From Firmicutes bacterium CAG:552 (lineage in GTDB: Bacteria > Bacillota > Clostridia > Christensenellales > Pumilibacteraceae): 17,700 nucleotides of DNA. How positions within the stretch are numbered: the stretch's first letter is position 1; every line of letters begins with the position of its first letter. The translations under genes were made by a program, and so were the position numbers. This document shows positions 16,106-17,700 of this stretch, in pieces. Where the stretch lies: the NCBI GenBank assembly GCA_000435495.1, contig FR884055.1:171011-188710 (forward strand), given 5' to 3'. The notes under the pieces are model-generated. The model was not told the origin of the DNA and did not search any database. It saw only the letters and a list, made by a program, of their open reading frames with translations.

Positions 16106-17700
16106 CTACTTTTTCCTTTTTTTCTTTTTCAATATCGCAAACGCAGCTGCCGCTCCGCCGAGAACGACTACCGTAATCGCCGAAATGCTGATTATTGCGG
16201 TTTTACCGCTGAACCATCCGCCCTTCTTTATATTTTCTTTTTCAATCGGCGCACGAGAATATTCGGCTACGAATTCTATGTCCGACGTTAGTTCGCCGCC
16301 TATGCTGCGGCTCCATCCCGAAAACGAATACGTAAATTCGTCGTCACTGTACCTTGGCGGCGGCGCAGGCGCAATTATATCTACGCCCAAAATACTACCG
16401 AAAGGATAGCGTTTTTCGAGCAATATGATTTTTTGTCCGTCTTTTTCGTACAAAAATCTAACGTTATACATAATTTTGGTGTAATCGCAATGCAATAATA
16501 CCCCAAACGGAGGCATAAAAAACGAGCCGGAATCGACAGTGATTTTTACGTCTCCGTCGTAATAGTATACGTTTGCCGTATACCCGCTTTTTTCTTTTAC
16601 TCGATAAGTTACGGCTTCTCCGGCATAGGCGCATTCAGCCGAAATCGTTAAGGCGTCGGCACACTCCGAAAATACGGAGACGCCATACTTGGCAGCCAAA
16701 ACATATATGCCGGACTCTGCACGGTAAACAAACTTTTTTTCTTCGAAATTGTAAGTAAAATTATCGGCCGCCTCCCCGCTGTCTCCGTCTGTAAACGAAA
16801 GCTTGCCTCCGACAAAATCGATGTTCACCCCACGAATCGTCACGGTTGAGCCTATACGCCTATCGCCTATAGCAATATCGGCTCCGTTTGTATTTTTTAC
16901 CGAAGTAATAACAGTGTATTTGTTTGCGCCCGCAACAGAAGTCATAATTATGCGTACAGACAAAATTGCGCCGTAATTGCTCGAGGCTATCGCTTTTACG
17001 TCCGTCCTATCTATAATCGCTTCGACGTCATTAAGACAAATCGCAAGCGGCATTTCTCTTTGCGCCGCTCTCGCCGCAGCATCGAATATTCGAATTTCCG
17101 TTTTCTTATCTTTATCTAGCACGCTGTAATCTGCGCTTATTCTGACGACTCCGCCACGATCCGTAATCGAAAAGATTTCGCCGCCTATAATTTCGGCAAT
17201 TGGCATTCGTGAAAATTTAGCGATATATTCTGCGTCACCGCTTACGGCAGTTATCTCTCTGTCGTATCCTCCGAATACAAACATATAATCGCCGTCGTCG
17301 TCTACCGAAGGCGTCGGGACCTCCGGCTTACGTCCGTACTCCGTTTCTGCTCTCAAAATCACGGAGTTTTTAAGCTTGTCAGGCAAAAACTCTTCGTTTC
17401 CGTATCTATAAACTACTGCGTATTTACGTTTTTTCTTATTATATTTTGCGTAAACGTTAACGATATCTTTGTCTTTCTTGCCGTCGGTGATATTTAAAAA
17501 GTTTACTTCTTCGCCTGTAATAAACACCCACTTTTCAAAAGTGTACTCGTATTCGACGTCCATATAACCGTTCGGATAAAAAACATACTTACCGAGCGGA
17601 TCGTACGGCGTAACGGTCTTGGTCACAGACACGTCGCCGTTCTCGTCTTTGTAATTGAACACTACGGACAAATTCAAATTCACCGCAGAATACACGACGC
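16106..17700 (-). CDS. Second large surface protein with Listeria-Bacteroides (Flg_new-type) repeats and a C-terminal TM helix plus poly-Lys tail; N-terminus beyond the window
   Basis: The frame is open to the window edge. Repeats with a Y.F.F.GW...16-20 aa...YxAxYS signature are present (YEYTFEKW...VYAKYNKKK, FTYSFSGW...FVAEYSRAP, YMFVFGGY...YIAKFSRMP). The protein ends GGWFSGKTAIISISAITVVVLGGAAAAFAILKKKKRKK. Confidence 0.8.
   Translation of the reverse strand, partial: VVYSAVNLNLSVVFNYKDENGDVSVTKTVTPYDPLGKYVFYPNGYMDVEYEYTFEKWVFITGEEVNFLNITDGKKDKDIVNVYAKYNKKKRKYAVVYRYGNEEFLPDKLKNSVILRAETEYGRKPEVPTPSVDDDGDYMFVFGGYDREITAVSGDAEYIAKFSRMPIAEIIGGEIFSITDRGGVVRISADYSVLDKDKKTEIRIFDAAARAAQREMPLAICLNDVEAIIDRTDVKAIASSNYGAILSVRIIMTSVAGANKYTVITSVKNTNGADIAIGDRRIGSTVTIRGVNIDFVGGKLSFTDGDSGEAADNFTYNFEEKKFVYRAESGIYVLAAKYGVSVFSECADALTISAECAYAGEAVTYRVKEKSGYTANVYYYDGDVKITVDSGSFFMPPFGVLLHCDYTKIMYNVRFLYEKDGQKIILLEKRYPFGSILGVDIIAPAPPPRYSDDEFTYSFSGWSRSIGGELTSDIEFVAEYSRAPIEKENIKKGGWFSGKTAIISISAITVVVLGGAAAAFAILKKKKRKK

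Overview
This window reads as a core-chromosome segment of a moderate-GC (about 42%) Firmicute, probably clostridial; the taxon is inferred from gene order and sequence style and was not computed. Almost all genes are on the minus strand. From left to right they are: the heat-shock operon hrcA-grpE-dnaK-dnaJ (dnaJ runs off the left edge; a CIRCE operator plus a consensus sigma-A promoter sit upstream of hrcA); purA; a plus-strand amidohydrolase-2 gene followed 22 nt later by tRNA-Leu(CAG) and a terminator; an AT-rich 0.9 kb spacer holding an unannotated 48-aa ORF with a textbook promoter and RBS and two sets of short direct repeats; an SPFH/band-7 (stomatin-like) gene; a roughly 490 nt ORF-less transcribed region upstream of it, driven by a perfect TTGACA-17-TATAAT promoter (candidate structured RNA or long leader); a DUF362/4Fe-4S gene followed by rmuC (likely co-transcribed); and two very large cell-surface proteins, one with MBG/YDG-type repeats and one with Listeria-Bacteroides repeats, both ending in a TM helix plus polybasic tail with no LPXTG. 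Inside the MBG protein gene are two near-identical 234-bp tandem DNA units. No CRISPR array, IS element, integrase or recognisable defence system was seen. The most interesting unexplained elements are the ORF-less promoter-driven region at 8467-8992, the small ORF and repeat block next to the tRNA, and the surface-protein pair.
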